A stretch of 64,000 nt of DNA from contig VGVQ01000011.1 in NCBI GenBank assembly GCA_016874005.1, positions 48,415 to 112,414 on the forward strand, read 5' to 3'. This stretch comes from Gemmatimonadota bacterium (GTDB taxonomy: Bacteria; Gemmatimonadota; Gemmatimonadetes; Gemmatimonadales; GWC2-71-9). Shown in pieces: positions 10,220 to 19,159 of this stretch (position 1 is its first letter; every line of letters begins with the position of its first letter). A model generated the notes under the pieces. The model had not been told where the DNA came from and made no database searches. It saw only the letters and a program-made list of their open reading frames with translations. Made by a program: the position numbers and the translations under genes.

Positions 10220-10342
10220 ATGTCGAACTACACCAAGCCGACCGTGACCAAGATTGGCTCGATCGTGCAGAAGACCGAGGGTGGCTGGACCTGGCAGGAC
10301 ATCGAGGTCATGAGCAAGCGGGGCTGCGGCAGCGGCAACTAG
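10220..10342 (+). CDS. Lasso peptide precursor A (40 aa): leader MSNYTKPTVTKIGSIVQKTE, core GGWTWQDIEVMSKRGCGSGN
   Basis: Translated by hand (below the ORF-track cutoff). AAGGAG at 10208-10213, ATG 10220, TAG 10340-10342. Y(-17), P(-14), V(-12), G(-8), T(-2); core starts with Gly and has Asp7/Glu9. Confidence 0.92.
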   Translation: MSNYTKPTVTKIGSIVQKTEGGWTWQDIEVMSKRGCGSGN

Positions 10343-10364
10343 TCGCCGGCCAAGACCCAGTTCG

Positions 10365-10391
10365 GGCGGGCGGGCGCCAAACCCGCCCGCC
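10365..10391 (+). terminator. GC-rich hairpin after the lasso precursor (terminator or mRNA-stabilising stem)
   Basis: GGCGGGCGGG-cgccaaa-CCCGCCCGCC is a perfect 10-bp stem; only TT follows, so termination may be leaky. Confidence 0.5.
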
Positions 10392-10478
10392 TTGGCGCGC
10401 CCTCAACATTCCCACCGGCAAGCCGATGCCCTAGATTGAGTTACCAGCGTTGACACACCGGCTCCCCAAGGAGTCCTG

Positions 10479-12956
10479 TTGACCGACCGCCGTAGGTTGT
10501 TGCCCGTCTGGTTCGTGCCTTGGATCCGCGGCGGCGGGTGGCTGGCTTTCGGTGCCGGCCTGAGCATCCTAACACTCACGATCCTTAGGCCCGGCTATGG
10601 CGGGCTCGCCGCCGTTCTCGTTCCGGGGTGGTCACTCGTTGCTGTCGTGTGGGCGGCGGCGGTCATTCGAGTGCGCAAGGGCGGAGCGGTTCGGCAAGCG
10701 GCTTTGGCAGCGCTCCTTGCCGTCGTGGCGTCGATGGGCATGGCCGTCGGGCTGTCGGGGGTCGGTCCGCCCCCAGCTTGGTTGCGCTGGCTGGCGATCG
10801 TTCACATGCCGTTGTTTGTGCTCAGCTTGCTCCTATGGCCGGCCCTCCGGCGGCCAAAGCAACAATGGCCCTATCTAATCATTGACCTGTCCATTCTGGC
10901 CGTTGCGCTCGGGCTTCTAGTGTGGAACGAGTGGTACCGGCCTGACGAGCCGCCCGACGTAGAACAAGTCCTTACCGTTGCGGGGCAGGTTTCGCTCCTC
11001 CTTGGCGTAAACATAGCCGTCGTGAGGCGTCCCAGGGAACGCCACTTCGCGTCGTTCATGCTTCTGGTATGGATGTCGATTGCCGTGTTCAGCGCGAACA
11101 CAGGCCTCGCGATCATGAACCCCGCGGAGAACGTCGCCGGTGCAATCGTCTCGATTGTGATGCCGACGGTTCTCCTCCTCGGCATCGCCTCCGCCGAAGC
11201 TCTCCGCGTTGAGCTCCGTTGGCCCTGGAAACGCACCGAAGGCGGCAGCCCAGTCCCTTGGATCGCGGTGCTGGCGATCACCTTCTTCGTCTTGAACCTG
11301 GTCTTCAACCAGAACGCCACTGGCGTCGGTCCCATCGTGCTCGGCGCCCTCGGCACCATGATCCTGCTGGTCATCCGCCAGGCCGTCACCGCCCGGCACA
11401 ACGCCCGGCTCCAGGCCGAGCGGGCCCAACTCGAGGCGGACGCCCGGATCGCGGCGTTGGTCCGGCACACCTCCGACGTCATCCTCATTACCGAGACCGA
11501 TCTCAAAATCCGATTTGCTTCGCCTTCCGCAACGGCGTTGCTGGGCCAGGATCCGGAGGACGTCGTCGGCCGCGACATTCTCTCGTTGGTCGAACCGGAT
11601 CTCCGCGAGGCCATCCAACTGATGGTGGCCGAACGCATCGCGGTGCCGGGGCAGAGCGCGGTGGCCAATTGGAAAATGCCGGGGCCCGGCGGGGACGTGC
11701 GCCGAGTCGAGGCGGTGGTCACCAACCTGGTCCATCAGCCGACCATCGGCGGCCTGGTGTTCACCCTGCGCGACCAGACCGAACGGGCCCTGCTCGAAGA
11801 ACAGCTCAATCAGGCCCAGAAGATGGAGGCCATCGGACAGCTGGCCGGCGGGGTCGCTCACGACTTCAACAACCTCCTCACCACCATCATGGGGCACAGC
11901 GAGGTCGGCCTCGAGATCCTCGAGCCCGGGCACCCCGTCCGGGACGACCTCGAGCAGGTGCTCAAGGCCTCCCAGCTCGCCGCCTCGCTCACCCGCCAAT
12001 TGCTCGCCTTCAGCCGAAAACAGGTGGTCGAGCCGAAGGTGATCAACGTGAGCGGCACCCTGGCCGAAGTGGTCCGGTTGCTCAAGCGCCTGATCAAGGA
12101 GGACGTCACCACGGTGCTCGACGTGGCCTCCGATCTTGGCCACGTCAAGATGGACCCCTCGCAACTCGAGCAGGTCGTCCTCAACCTCGCGGTCAATGCT
12201 CGCGACGCGATGCCCGAGGGCGGCCGACTCACGATTCGGGCCCGCCGCCAGTTGGTCGAACGGCAGATCACCGACGCCGTCATTCCGGTCGATCCGGGCG
12301 AGTACCTGGTGATCGAAGTATCCGACACCGGCGTTGGGATGGATGACGCAACCCAGCAACGGATCTTCGAGCCGTTCTTCACCACCAAACCGGTGGGGCG
12401 CGGTACTGGCCTCGGTCTGGCCAGCGTCTACGGCATCGTCCGACAGAACAGTGGTGGTCTGGTCCTGGTGAGCCAACTCGGCCGGGGGACCACCTTCACC
12501 GTGTACCTCCCCCGGATCGAAGCGGAGCCGGAACAGGCGGCGGCCGCCCCGCGGCGCCGACCGGTTCGCGGCGAGGGCGCCACGATCCTTCTGGTGGAAG
12601 ACGAAACCGCCCTCCGGGAGATCGCCGAGAAGGTGCTGCGCCGGGAGGGCTACCGGGTCCTGGTCGCCAGCGACGGCGACGAAGCCCTCATGCTCGCGGC
12701 GGGATCGCCCCATCCGATCGACCTGGTCCTCACCGACGTCATCATGCCCGGCATGTCCGGCAGCCAGATGGTGGCCGAGATGCGCAAGCTCAAGCCGATC
12801 TCCCGGGTCCTCTATATGTCGGGCTACCCGGGAGAGGATCTCATCGGGCGGCTCGGGATCGACGACCGACTCCTCCGGAAGCCCTTCACGCCCTTCGTCC
12901 TGGTCGAGAACATTCGGGCCGTGTTCGAAGGCCGCGAGGCGCCCAGCAACCCGTAA
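10479..12956 (+). CDS. Membrane-bound hybrid sensor histidine kinase (multi-TM sensor - PAS - HisKA - HATPase - REC)
   Basis: About 300-aa polytopic N-terminus; PAS ([10 protein letters not shown]...); H-box [21 protein letters not shown]; N-box [10 protein letters not shown]; DTGVGM and [16 protein letters not shown]; receiver LLVEDE...DVIMPGMSG...KPF. AAGGAG before a TTG start. Confidence 0.92.
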   Translation: MTDRRRLLPVWFVPWIRGGGWLAFGAGLSILTLTILRPGYGGLAAVLVPGWSLVAVVWAAAVIRVRKGGAVRQAALAALLAVVASMGMAVGLSGVGPPPAWLRWLAIVHMPLFVLSLLLWPALRRPKQQWPYLIIDLSILAVALGLLVWNEWYRPDEPPDVEQVLTVAGQVSLLLGVNIAVVRRPRERHFASFMLLVWMSIAVFSANTGLAIMNPAENVAGAIVSIVMPTVLLLGIASAEALRVELRWPWKRTEGGSPVPWIAVLAITFFVLNLVFNQNATGVGPIVLGALGTMILLVIRQAVTARHNARLQAERAQLEADARIAALVRHTSDVILITETDLKIRFASPSATALLGQDPEDVVGRDILSLVEPDLREAIQLMVAERIAVPGQSAVANWKMPGPGGDVRRVEAVVTNLVHQPTIGGLVFTLRDQTERALLEEQLNQAQKMEAIGQLAGGVAHDFNNLLTTIMGHSEVGLEILEPGHPVRDDLEQVLKASQLAASLTRQLLAFSRKQVVEPKVINVSGTLAEVVRLLKRLIKEDVTTVLDVASDLGHVKMDPSQLEQVVLNLAVNARDAMPEGGRLTIRARRQLVERQITDAVIPVDPGEYLVIEVSDTGVGMDDATQQRIFEPFFTTKPVGRGTGLGLASVYGIVRQNSGGLVLVSQLGRGTTFTVYLPRIEAEPEQAAAAPRRRPVRGEGATILLVEDETALREIAEKVLRREGYRVLVASDGDEALMLAAGSPHPIDLVLTDVIMPGMSGSQMVAEMRKLKPISRVLYMSGYPGEDLIGRLGIDDRLLRKPFTPFVLVENIRAVFEGREAPSNP

Positions 12957-12959
12957 ACC

Positions 12960-13787
12960 GTGGATCTCGAGCGGTATTTCGAACGAATCGGCTATCGCGG
13001 TACCCCGAGCGGGAACCTCGAGACCCTCACCGCGATCCATCGCGCCCACCTCCTCGCCATCCCCTACGAGAACCTCGACATCCACCTCGGGCGGCGACTG
13101 GTGCTGGACCAGGACAGGAGCTATCAGAAGCTCGTGGTCGAGCGTCGAGGCGGCTGGTGCTACGAGATGAACGGCCTCTTCGCCGCGGTGCTGGAGCGAC
13201 TCGGCTTTCGGGTCACCAAGGCCTGGGGGACGGTGGGCCGAGCCAGCCGGGGCGAGGCGGTCGAGGGCAATCACCTGGTCTTGCTGGTCGATCTCGATCG
13301 GCGATACCTCGCCGACGTGGGCTTCGGCGATGGGTCGATCGATCCGCTCCCTCTCGAAGTCGGCGGCTATCGGACCGCCGGCTTCGAGGTCGCCATCGGC
13401 CGGGAAGGCGATCGCTGGGTGTTTCGGAACCACCAGTATGGGGCCGCGGCGGAGTTCGATTTCACCGAGGCGCCTCGGGTACTCGCCGACTTCCGGCCCC
13501 GGTCGGACGCGCTCCAGACCGAGCCCGATTCGCCCTTCGTCCAGAAAACCGTGGTCCAGCGGCACCGGCCGGAGGGCATCGTCACCCTCCGCGGGGCGGT
13601 CCGGTCGTTGGTCTCGCCGGGCGGGATCGAGCGCCGCACGTTGAAAGATCCAGTAGATTTTCAGCAGACCCTGGCGACCGATTTCGGGCTCGATCTCGGC
13701 GACCAGACCGCCCGGCTGTGGGCAATCATCGAGGAGCGACACCGCCAATGGCTCGCCGAATCCCCGGAGCAACCGCCGCGCTGCTGA
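12960..13787 (+). CDS. Arylamine N-acetyltransferase family protein
   Basis: YFERIGY, AIPYENLD, RRGGWCYEMNGLF (Cys), NHLVLLV (His), LADVGFG (Asp). Confidence 0.92.
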   Translation: MDLERYFERIGYRGTPSGNLETLTAIHRAHLLAIPYENLDIHLGRRLVLDQDRSYQKLVVERRGGWCYEMNGLFAAVLERLGFRVTKAWGTVGRASRGEAVEGNHLVLLVDLDRRYLADVGFGDGSIDPLPLEVGGYRTAGFEVAIGREGDRWVFRNHQYGAAAEFDFTEAPRVLADFRPRSDALQTEPDSPFVQKTVVQRHRPEGIVTLRGAVRSLVSPGGIERRTLKDPVDFQQTLATDFGLDLGDQTARLWAIIEERHRQWLAESPEQPPRC

Positions 13788-15460
13788 TCGCGGCTCTCGT
13801 CCCCCCATCGCTGGACGGCCAAATCGTCAATCGATTCGGGGTTCGGGTTCCGATGCGCGACCGGGTCGAGCTGGTGGCCAACCTCTGGCTGCCGGCCCCG
13901 ACCGGCAAGCACCCGACCATCCTGCTTCGAACCCCGTACGACAAGACGGCGCAGTATCGACGGTACCGGCTGGATCGATACCTCCAGGCCGGCTACGCCG
14001 TAATGGTCCAGGACACCCGCGGGCGGGGCGACTCCGAGGGACGCTTCGATTTCTACTTCCCGGAAGGCAAGGACGGCTACGACACCATCGAGTGGATCGC
14101 GCGGCAGAGCTGGTCCAACGGCCGGGTGGGCATGGACGGCGGCTCCTACCTCGGCGCGGTCCAGTGGCTCGCGGCCCGCGAGCGACCGCCCCACCTGGCC
14201 TGCATCATCCCGACCGCGTCGTCCGGGCGGCTTTTCGACGAGATCCCCTACCTCGGGGGGGCCTTTCGGCTCGACTGGGCGCTCGACTGGCTCAACCTCA
14301 CCGCCGAGCGGGTCAGTCAGGGCGATTTGAACGAGCTGGTCAAGTGGGACTCGCTCCTGCTCCAGCGCCCGCTGGCTCGCCTCGATTCGCTGTTAGGCAG
14401 GCCGATGGCGTTGTACCAGCGGATGCTGGCCCACTCCACCCTCGACGCCTACTGGCGCCGGATTCAATTCGGCCCCGAGGACTACGCCCGGATCGAGGTG
14501 CCGGTCCTCACCGTGACGGGCTGGTTCGACGGCGACCAGCCGGGCGCGTTGTCGTATTGGGACGGGATGGAGGCGTTGGGGCGCCCGAACAACCACTATC
14601 TGATCGTCGGGCCCTGGAATCACGGCCAGACCTATCTCGGCGGGGCCGTCAAGCAGGGGGAATTCGCCCTCGATTCGACCGCGATCTTCCCGATTCAGGA
14701 AGAACGGATCCGGTTCTTCGACTGGTGCCTCAAGCGAGCCACGCCGAGCTACGATGCGCCGCGGGCCCGGGTGTACCTGACCGGCCGGAACGGCTGGCTC
14801 GCCGGGGATCGCTACCCGCTTCGCGAGGTGAGCCCTCGACCGATATTCTTGGCGAGCGGGGGGCGGGCCAATACCCTCAACGGAGACGGCGCGCTCCGAT
14901 GGGAGCCATCGGCGGCCGCCGCGGTCGACACCTTCCGCTACGATCCCGACCGACCGGTGCCGAGCCGGCCGCTCGCGACCGACCACCGGCCGGTCGAGGA
15001 ACGAGCCGACGTCCTGGTGTATACCACCGAGGTCTTGACCGATCCGCTGGAGTTGCTCGGTCGGCCGATCGTCAAGCTGTGGGCCGCCACGGACGGCCCC
15101 GACACCGATTTCACCGCCAAGCTCCTCGACGTCTATCCCGACGGCCGGGCGGTGCTGCTCGGTCCCTCGCCGACCGGGGTGCGACGGGCCCGGTACCGCA
15201 ACGGGTACCTCCGCGAGGAACTGGTCACCCCGAACGAGCCGATCGAGTACACCATCGAGATGGCCGACATCGGCCATCGGCTGGCTGCCGGCCACCGACT
15301 CCGGTTGGAGATATCCAGCAGCGCCTTTCCGTTCATCGACCGCAACGCCAATACCGGCCGGCCGGTGGCCACCGATACCACCTGGCGGGTGGCCCGGCAG
15401 ACCGTCTTCCACGGCGCCGAGCGGCCGTCGCGGGTCGTGCTACCGGTGCTCGCTCCGTAG
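13748..15460 (+). CDS. CocE/NonD (S15) family hydrolase, secreted
   Basis: Likely start ATG 13748 (signal peptide). VPMRD, LLRTPY, QDTRGRGDSEG, nucleophile GGSYLG, TGWFD, GPWNH, C-terminal LRLEISSS.FP. Confidence 0.88.
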   Translation: MARRIPGATAALLIAALVPPSLDGQIVNRFGVRVPMRDRVELVANLWLPAPTGKHPTILLRTPYDKTAQYRRYRLDRYLQAGYAVMVQDTRGRGDSEGRFDFYFPEGKDGYDTIEWIARQSWSNGRVGMDGGSYLGAVQWLAARERPPHLACIIPTASSGRLFDEIPYLGGAFRLDWALDWLNLTAERVSQGDLNELVKWDSLLLQRPLARLDSLLGRPMALYQRMLAHSTLDAYWRRIQFGPEDYARIEVPVLTVTGWFDGDQPGALSYWDGMEALGRPNNHYLIVGPWNHGQTYLGGAVKQGEFALDSTAIFPIQEERIRFFDWCLKRATPSYDAPRARVYLTGRNGWLAGDRYPLREVSPRPIFLASGGRANTLNGDGALRWEPSAAAAVDTFRYDPDRPVPSRPLATDHRPVEERADVLVYTTEVLTDPLELLGRPIVKLWAATDGPDTDFTAKLLDVYPDGRAVLLGPSPTGVRRARYRNGYLREELVTPNEPIEYTIEMADIGHRLAAGHRLRLEISSSAFPFIDRNANTGRPVATDTTWRVARQTVFHGAERPSRVVLPVLAP

Positions 15461-17608
15461 ATACCGCTCGAAATGAGCCACCAGCTTGCCTAACAAGAAG
15501 CGGGCGTCGTGTTCCCGCTGGGTCCACCCGTGAGTCGCCCCCGGCGCGAAGACGAGGTCGAAGTCCTTGCCGAGCTTGATGAGATGCTCGGCCAGCACCA
15601 CCGAGGTCCGGAACGGCACCACGTCGTCCTGCATCCCATGGATGATGAGCAGCCGATCGCGGAGCCCGCCGGCGTACTGGCGGGCGTCCCCTCGGCTGAA
15701 GGCCTCGGGATGGGTTGCCGGCCGCCGAGCGATCGCGACGTCGTCGCTTCCGAAGAATCGCGGATCGGTCGCCGGAGCGCCCGCGACCCCGGCCTTGAAC
15801 AAGCCCGGTTTCTTGAACAGCGAATACACCGTGAGCGTCCCGCCGTAGCTCGAGCCCCAGATCCCCATCCGGCTGGTGTCCGCGTAGGGTAGGGTAGCCA
15901 GGTGCCTGGCGACGCTCTCGATGTCGCTGAGGTCGCCGCCACCCCAATCCATCAGGAACTTCTCCCGGAACTCGCGGCCGTACCCGGTGCTGCCTCGGAC
16001 ATCGACTTGGACCACGAGATAGCCCCGCTCCGCAAGCAGCCGCTGCACCAACCCGTAGAGCCCACCCCAACGATTCCGGACCGTGTTGGAGTACACCGGG
16101 CCGAAGATCACGGGGTACTTCCGACCGGGGTCGAATCCGGGCGGTTCGATGAGCTTGGCGTGGATCCGGTACGGATCCGTCAGGTGCGGCACCGACAGGT
16201 AGCGCGGCGCCCGGAGCCCCAGCCCGGAGAGCTCGGGCGCGGCGGACCGCGCGACGATCCGCTCGGCGCCGGTGGCGAGGTCGATCAGCGACAGGGCCGG
16301 CGGCGTCAGGTCGTCGCTATGGAGGATCGCCGCGCTCCGACCATCGGGCGACAGCGTCGGTTGATGAGACCCGGCCCGCGTCGTGATGCGGGTCGGGGTG
16401 CCCCCCCGGGCGGGGACCCGATACACCTGCCGTTCGGCCGGGCCCGCCGCGCTCGACACGTATACCACCGATGCGAGGGCGGGGGAGAGCTGGGGGACAG
16501 GCGCGCCGCGGTCGCCGTTGACGTCGGATCCGGTTGGGGTGAGCGGCTTGGGCGATCGCGATCCCGGCGGCAGCGAATAGAGCCGATACCAGTCGTCCAG
16601 GTCCGACACGAACAGGATCTCGCCCGGGTTAGGCCCCCAGGCCGAGGAGACCGCGTTGTAGATCCGGGTGGCTCGCTGGTCGTGCCAGCGCTCCGTCACC
16701 GTGCCGGCGAGCGGATCGGCCACCAGAAGCCAGCGGTCCTCGGCCGTGTCCGACTCCCGGTCGATCAGCAGTTCGCCCCGGGGCGACCACTGGAAGTCGA
16801 GGATCTGGACCGATTCCGGCTCGGCCAGCGGCAACTCGCGGAGCGTTCCCGTCGCGAGCTCGAGTACTCGGAGCATCCGCAACTCGTTCTGGTCGCCCGG
16901 GACACCCCGCCGGAGGTTGCTCATCGAGCTTTCGTCCGAGAGGTAGTAGGGAAACGGCATCACCCGGACCTGGCGGCGGTCGACCACCTGGAGCGCGATG
17001 AACCGGCCGTCGGGCGACCAGGCATAGGCGGGCCCGCCGCCCCAGACGTAGCGACCCACCTCGCGGTCCGGCTTGTGGTAGGTGCCCAAGCCGACTTGGC
17101 TCGATGCCGGCAGCGCCACCGAGGTGGCTCGGGTGGGGCTGCCGCCCGCGGTGGGCTGGAGCCAGAGATCCCCCTCGCTCAGGTAGCTCACGGTCCCGCC
17201 GTCCGGTGAGACCGCGATGTCGGCCTTCTCGCGATCGGCCGCCGCGAGCGCCCGCACGCTGCCGGCGAGCGGAACGAGCCAGAGCCTGCCGCGGTGCAGC
17301 GCGACGAGCGTCCGTCCATCCGGGAGCCAGGCGAATTCGCTCGTCCCCTCCCTGGTCAGTCGGGTCGGCACGCCGGTGCCGGAGCGTTCGACGACCCAGA
17401 GATCGCGGGGCTGGCCCGGAGTCTCGCTCCACAAGAACGCCAGAGCGCGGCTATCCGGTGACCAGATCGGCGAGGTGGGGGCGGGACCGACCAGCGGTCG
17501 CGCGGTCGAGACGATCCGGTCGACGGTGAGTTGGCCCGCGGCTTGGCCAGCGATCGTGGTCGGCGCCAGGGCGGCAAAGGCGAAGGCAAACGCGGCAGGG
17601 TTTCGCAT
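15440..17608 (-). CDS. S9 dipeptidyl-peptidase IV-like serine peptidase, secreted
   Basis: Signal peptide from ATG 17608; WSPD propeller repeats; DVRGSTGYG; GSSYGG; QDDVVP; ATHGW. Confidence 0.88.
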   Translation of the reverse strand: MRNPAAFAFAFAALAPTTIAGQAAGQLTVDRIVSTARPLVGPAPTSPIWSPDSRALAFLWSETPGQPRDLWVVERSGTGVPTRLTREGTSEFAWLPDGRTLVALHRGRLWLVPLAGSVRALAAADREKADIAVSPDGGTVSYLSEGDLWLQPTAGGSPTRATSVALPASSQVGLGTYHKPDREVGRYVWGGGPAYAWSPDGRFIALQVVDRRQVRVMPFPYYLSDESSMSNLRRGVPGDQNELRMLRVLELATGTLRELPLAEPESVQILDFQWSPRGELLIDRESDTAEDRWLLVADPLAGTVTERWHDQRATRIYNAVSSAWGPNPGEILFVSDLDDWYRLYSLPPGSRSPKPLTPTGSDVNGDRGAPVPQLSPALASVVYVSSAAGPAERQVYRVPARGGTPTRITTRAGSHQPTLSPDGRSAAILHSDDLTPPALSLIDLATGAERIVARSAAPELSGLGLRAPRYLSVPHLTDPYRIHAKLIEPPGFDPGRKYPVIFGPVYSNTVRNRWGGLYGLVQRLLAERGYLVVQVDVRGSTGYGREFREKFLMDWGGGDLSDIESVARHLATLPYADTSRMGIWGSSYGGTLTVYSLFKKPGLFKAGVAGAPATDPRFFGSDDVAIARRPATHPEAFSRGDARQYAGGLRDRLLIIHGMQDDVVPFRTSVVLAEHLIKLGKDFDLVFAPGATHGWTQREHDARFLLGKLVAHFERYLRSEHR

Positions 17609-17701
17609 GCCGAAGCTTGGCTCCACCGCCGTCGGGCGTCAAACCGGCGGCGGGAGTATTATTGGCGATCGTCTCACCATCGATCTCGAGGGCCACAGCG
17701 A

Positions 17702-19159
17702 GTGACTCCGGTCGGCATTCTCTCCGCGGCAGGCTACTTCCCGAGGTACCGCTTGAGCCGCGCGGCGATCGTCGCGGCCGGCGCCTGGTACGATCCCTCG
17801 CTCAAGGGTCTGTCCAAGTCGGACCGGTCGGTTTGCGACTGGGATGAAGACGTCGTCACCATGGCCACGGAGGCCGCTCGCACCGCGCTCGGCCCCGGTG
17901 TCCCTCGGCCCACCGCGCTGCTGCTCGCCTCGACCACCATGCCGTTCGCGGATCGGCAGAACAGCGCGGTCGTGGCGAGCGCGCTCGACCTCCCGGCCTC
18001 GACCCAGACGGTGGACGTGGGCCATTCGCAGCGGGCTGGCACGACCGCGCTCAAGCTGGCGCTCGAGTTGGGCGGCGGCCCGCGGCTCGTGGTGGCCGGC
18101 GACAAACGGATCGCCCGCACCGCGAGCCCGAACGACGCTCTCTTCGGGCACGGCGCCGCGGCGGTGACGGTCGGGACCGGACCGATCATCGCCGAGTACC
18201 TCGGGGGCGCCACCCGAACCCGAGACTTCGTCGATCATTTCCGGCGCACCGGTGACGACTACGACTACTACTGGGAAGAGCGCTGGATCCGCGACGAGGG
18301 GTACCTCAAGATCGTCTCAGAGGCCATCGCCTCGGCGCTGGCCGCGGCCGGGGTGGCCCCCAGTGCCGTGGACCGGCTGGTCTTCGCGGCTTCGATCCGC
18401 GGGGTCCGAGAGGCGGTGGCGAAAGCCGCCGGCATCGCGGCCGAGAAACTGGCCGACGAGTTGGCCGGAGGCGTCGGCGACACCGGGACCGCCCACCCCC
18501 TGCTCATGCTCGCCCACACCTTGGAGCAGGCGCTGCCCGGTCAGACCATCGTGGTGGTCGGCTTTGGCCAGGGCGCGGACGTCCTGGTGTTCCGGACCAC
18601 GGAGGCGGTCAAGCGCGGCGCCCCTGCTCGAACCGTCGCGAGTCAGATCGCGGCTGGCATCGTCGAGACCAACTACCTCAAGTTCCTGGCGTTCCACGGC
18701 GGTCTGGAGGTTCACTGGGGGATGCGCGCCGAGGTCGACGCGAAGACCGCCTTGAGCGCGGCCGCGCGGCACGAGGACCTCGAGCAGTTCGCCGCCGGTA
18801 AGTGCCCCAAGTGCGGAACCCTCCAGTTCCCGAGTTCCCGGATTTGCGTCAACCCTGGCTGTCGGCATCTGGGTCCCCAGGACCGCTTTCCGCTGGCCGA
18901 CGCCCCCTGTCGGGTCGGTTCGTTTACCGAGGACTGGCTCGCGTTCACGCCCCACCCGCCCGGTGTGTACGGGATGCTCGAGTTCGACGCCGGGGTGAAA
19001 CTGATGGCCCAATTCACCAGCGACGCGGCCGGGCGGATTCAGGTCGGCTCGCCGATGCGGATGGCCTTCCGCATCAAGGTCATTGACCGGGTTCGGGGCT
19101 ACGTCCGCTACTTCTGGAAGGCACAACCGCTCGACCTCGCGACACGGAGGGGATCATGA
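17702..19159 (+). CDS. HMG-CoA-synthase-like domain fused to Zn-ribbon/OB-fold (DUF35) domain
   Basis: Start GTG 17702. YFPRYRL, DEDVVTMA, GHGAAA, GDTGTAHP, GFGQGAD; C-terminal CPKC...CVNPGC and OB-fold ending YFWKA. Confidence 0.82.
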   Translation: MTPVGILSAAGYFPRYRLSRAAIVAAGAWYDPSLKGLSKSDRSVCDWDEDVVTMATEAARTALGPGVPRPTALLLASTTMPFADRQNSAVVASALDLPASTQTVDVGHSQRAGTTALKLALELGGGPRLVVAGDKRIARTASPNDALFGHGAAAVTVGTGPIIAEYLGGATRTRDFVDHFRRTGDDYDYYWEERWIRDEGYLKIVSEAIASALAAAGVAPSAVDRLVFAASIRGVREAVAKAAGIAAEKLADELAGGVGDTGTAHPLLMLAHTLEQALPGQTIVVVGFGQGADVLVFRTTEAVKRGAPARTVASQIAAGIVETNYLKFLAFHGGLEVHWGMRAEVDAKTALSAAARHEDLEQFAAGKCPKCGTLQFPSSRICVNPGCRHLGPQDRFPLADAPCRVGSFTEDWLAFTPHPPGVYGMLEFDAGVKLMAQFTSDAAGRIQVGSPMRMAFRIKVIDRVRGYVRYFWKAQPLDLATRRGS

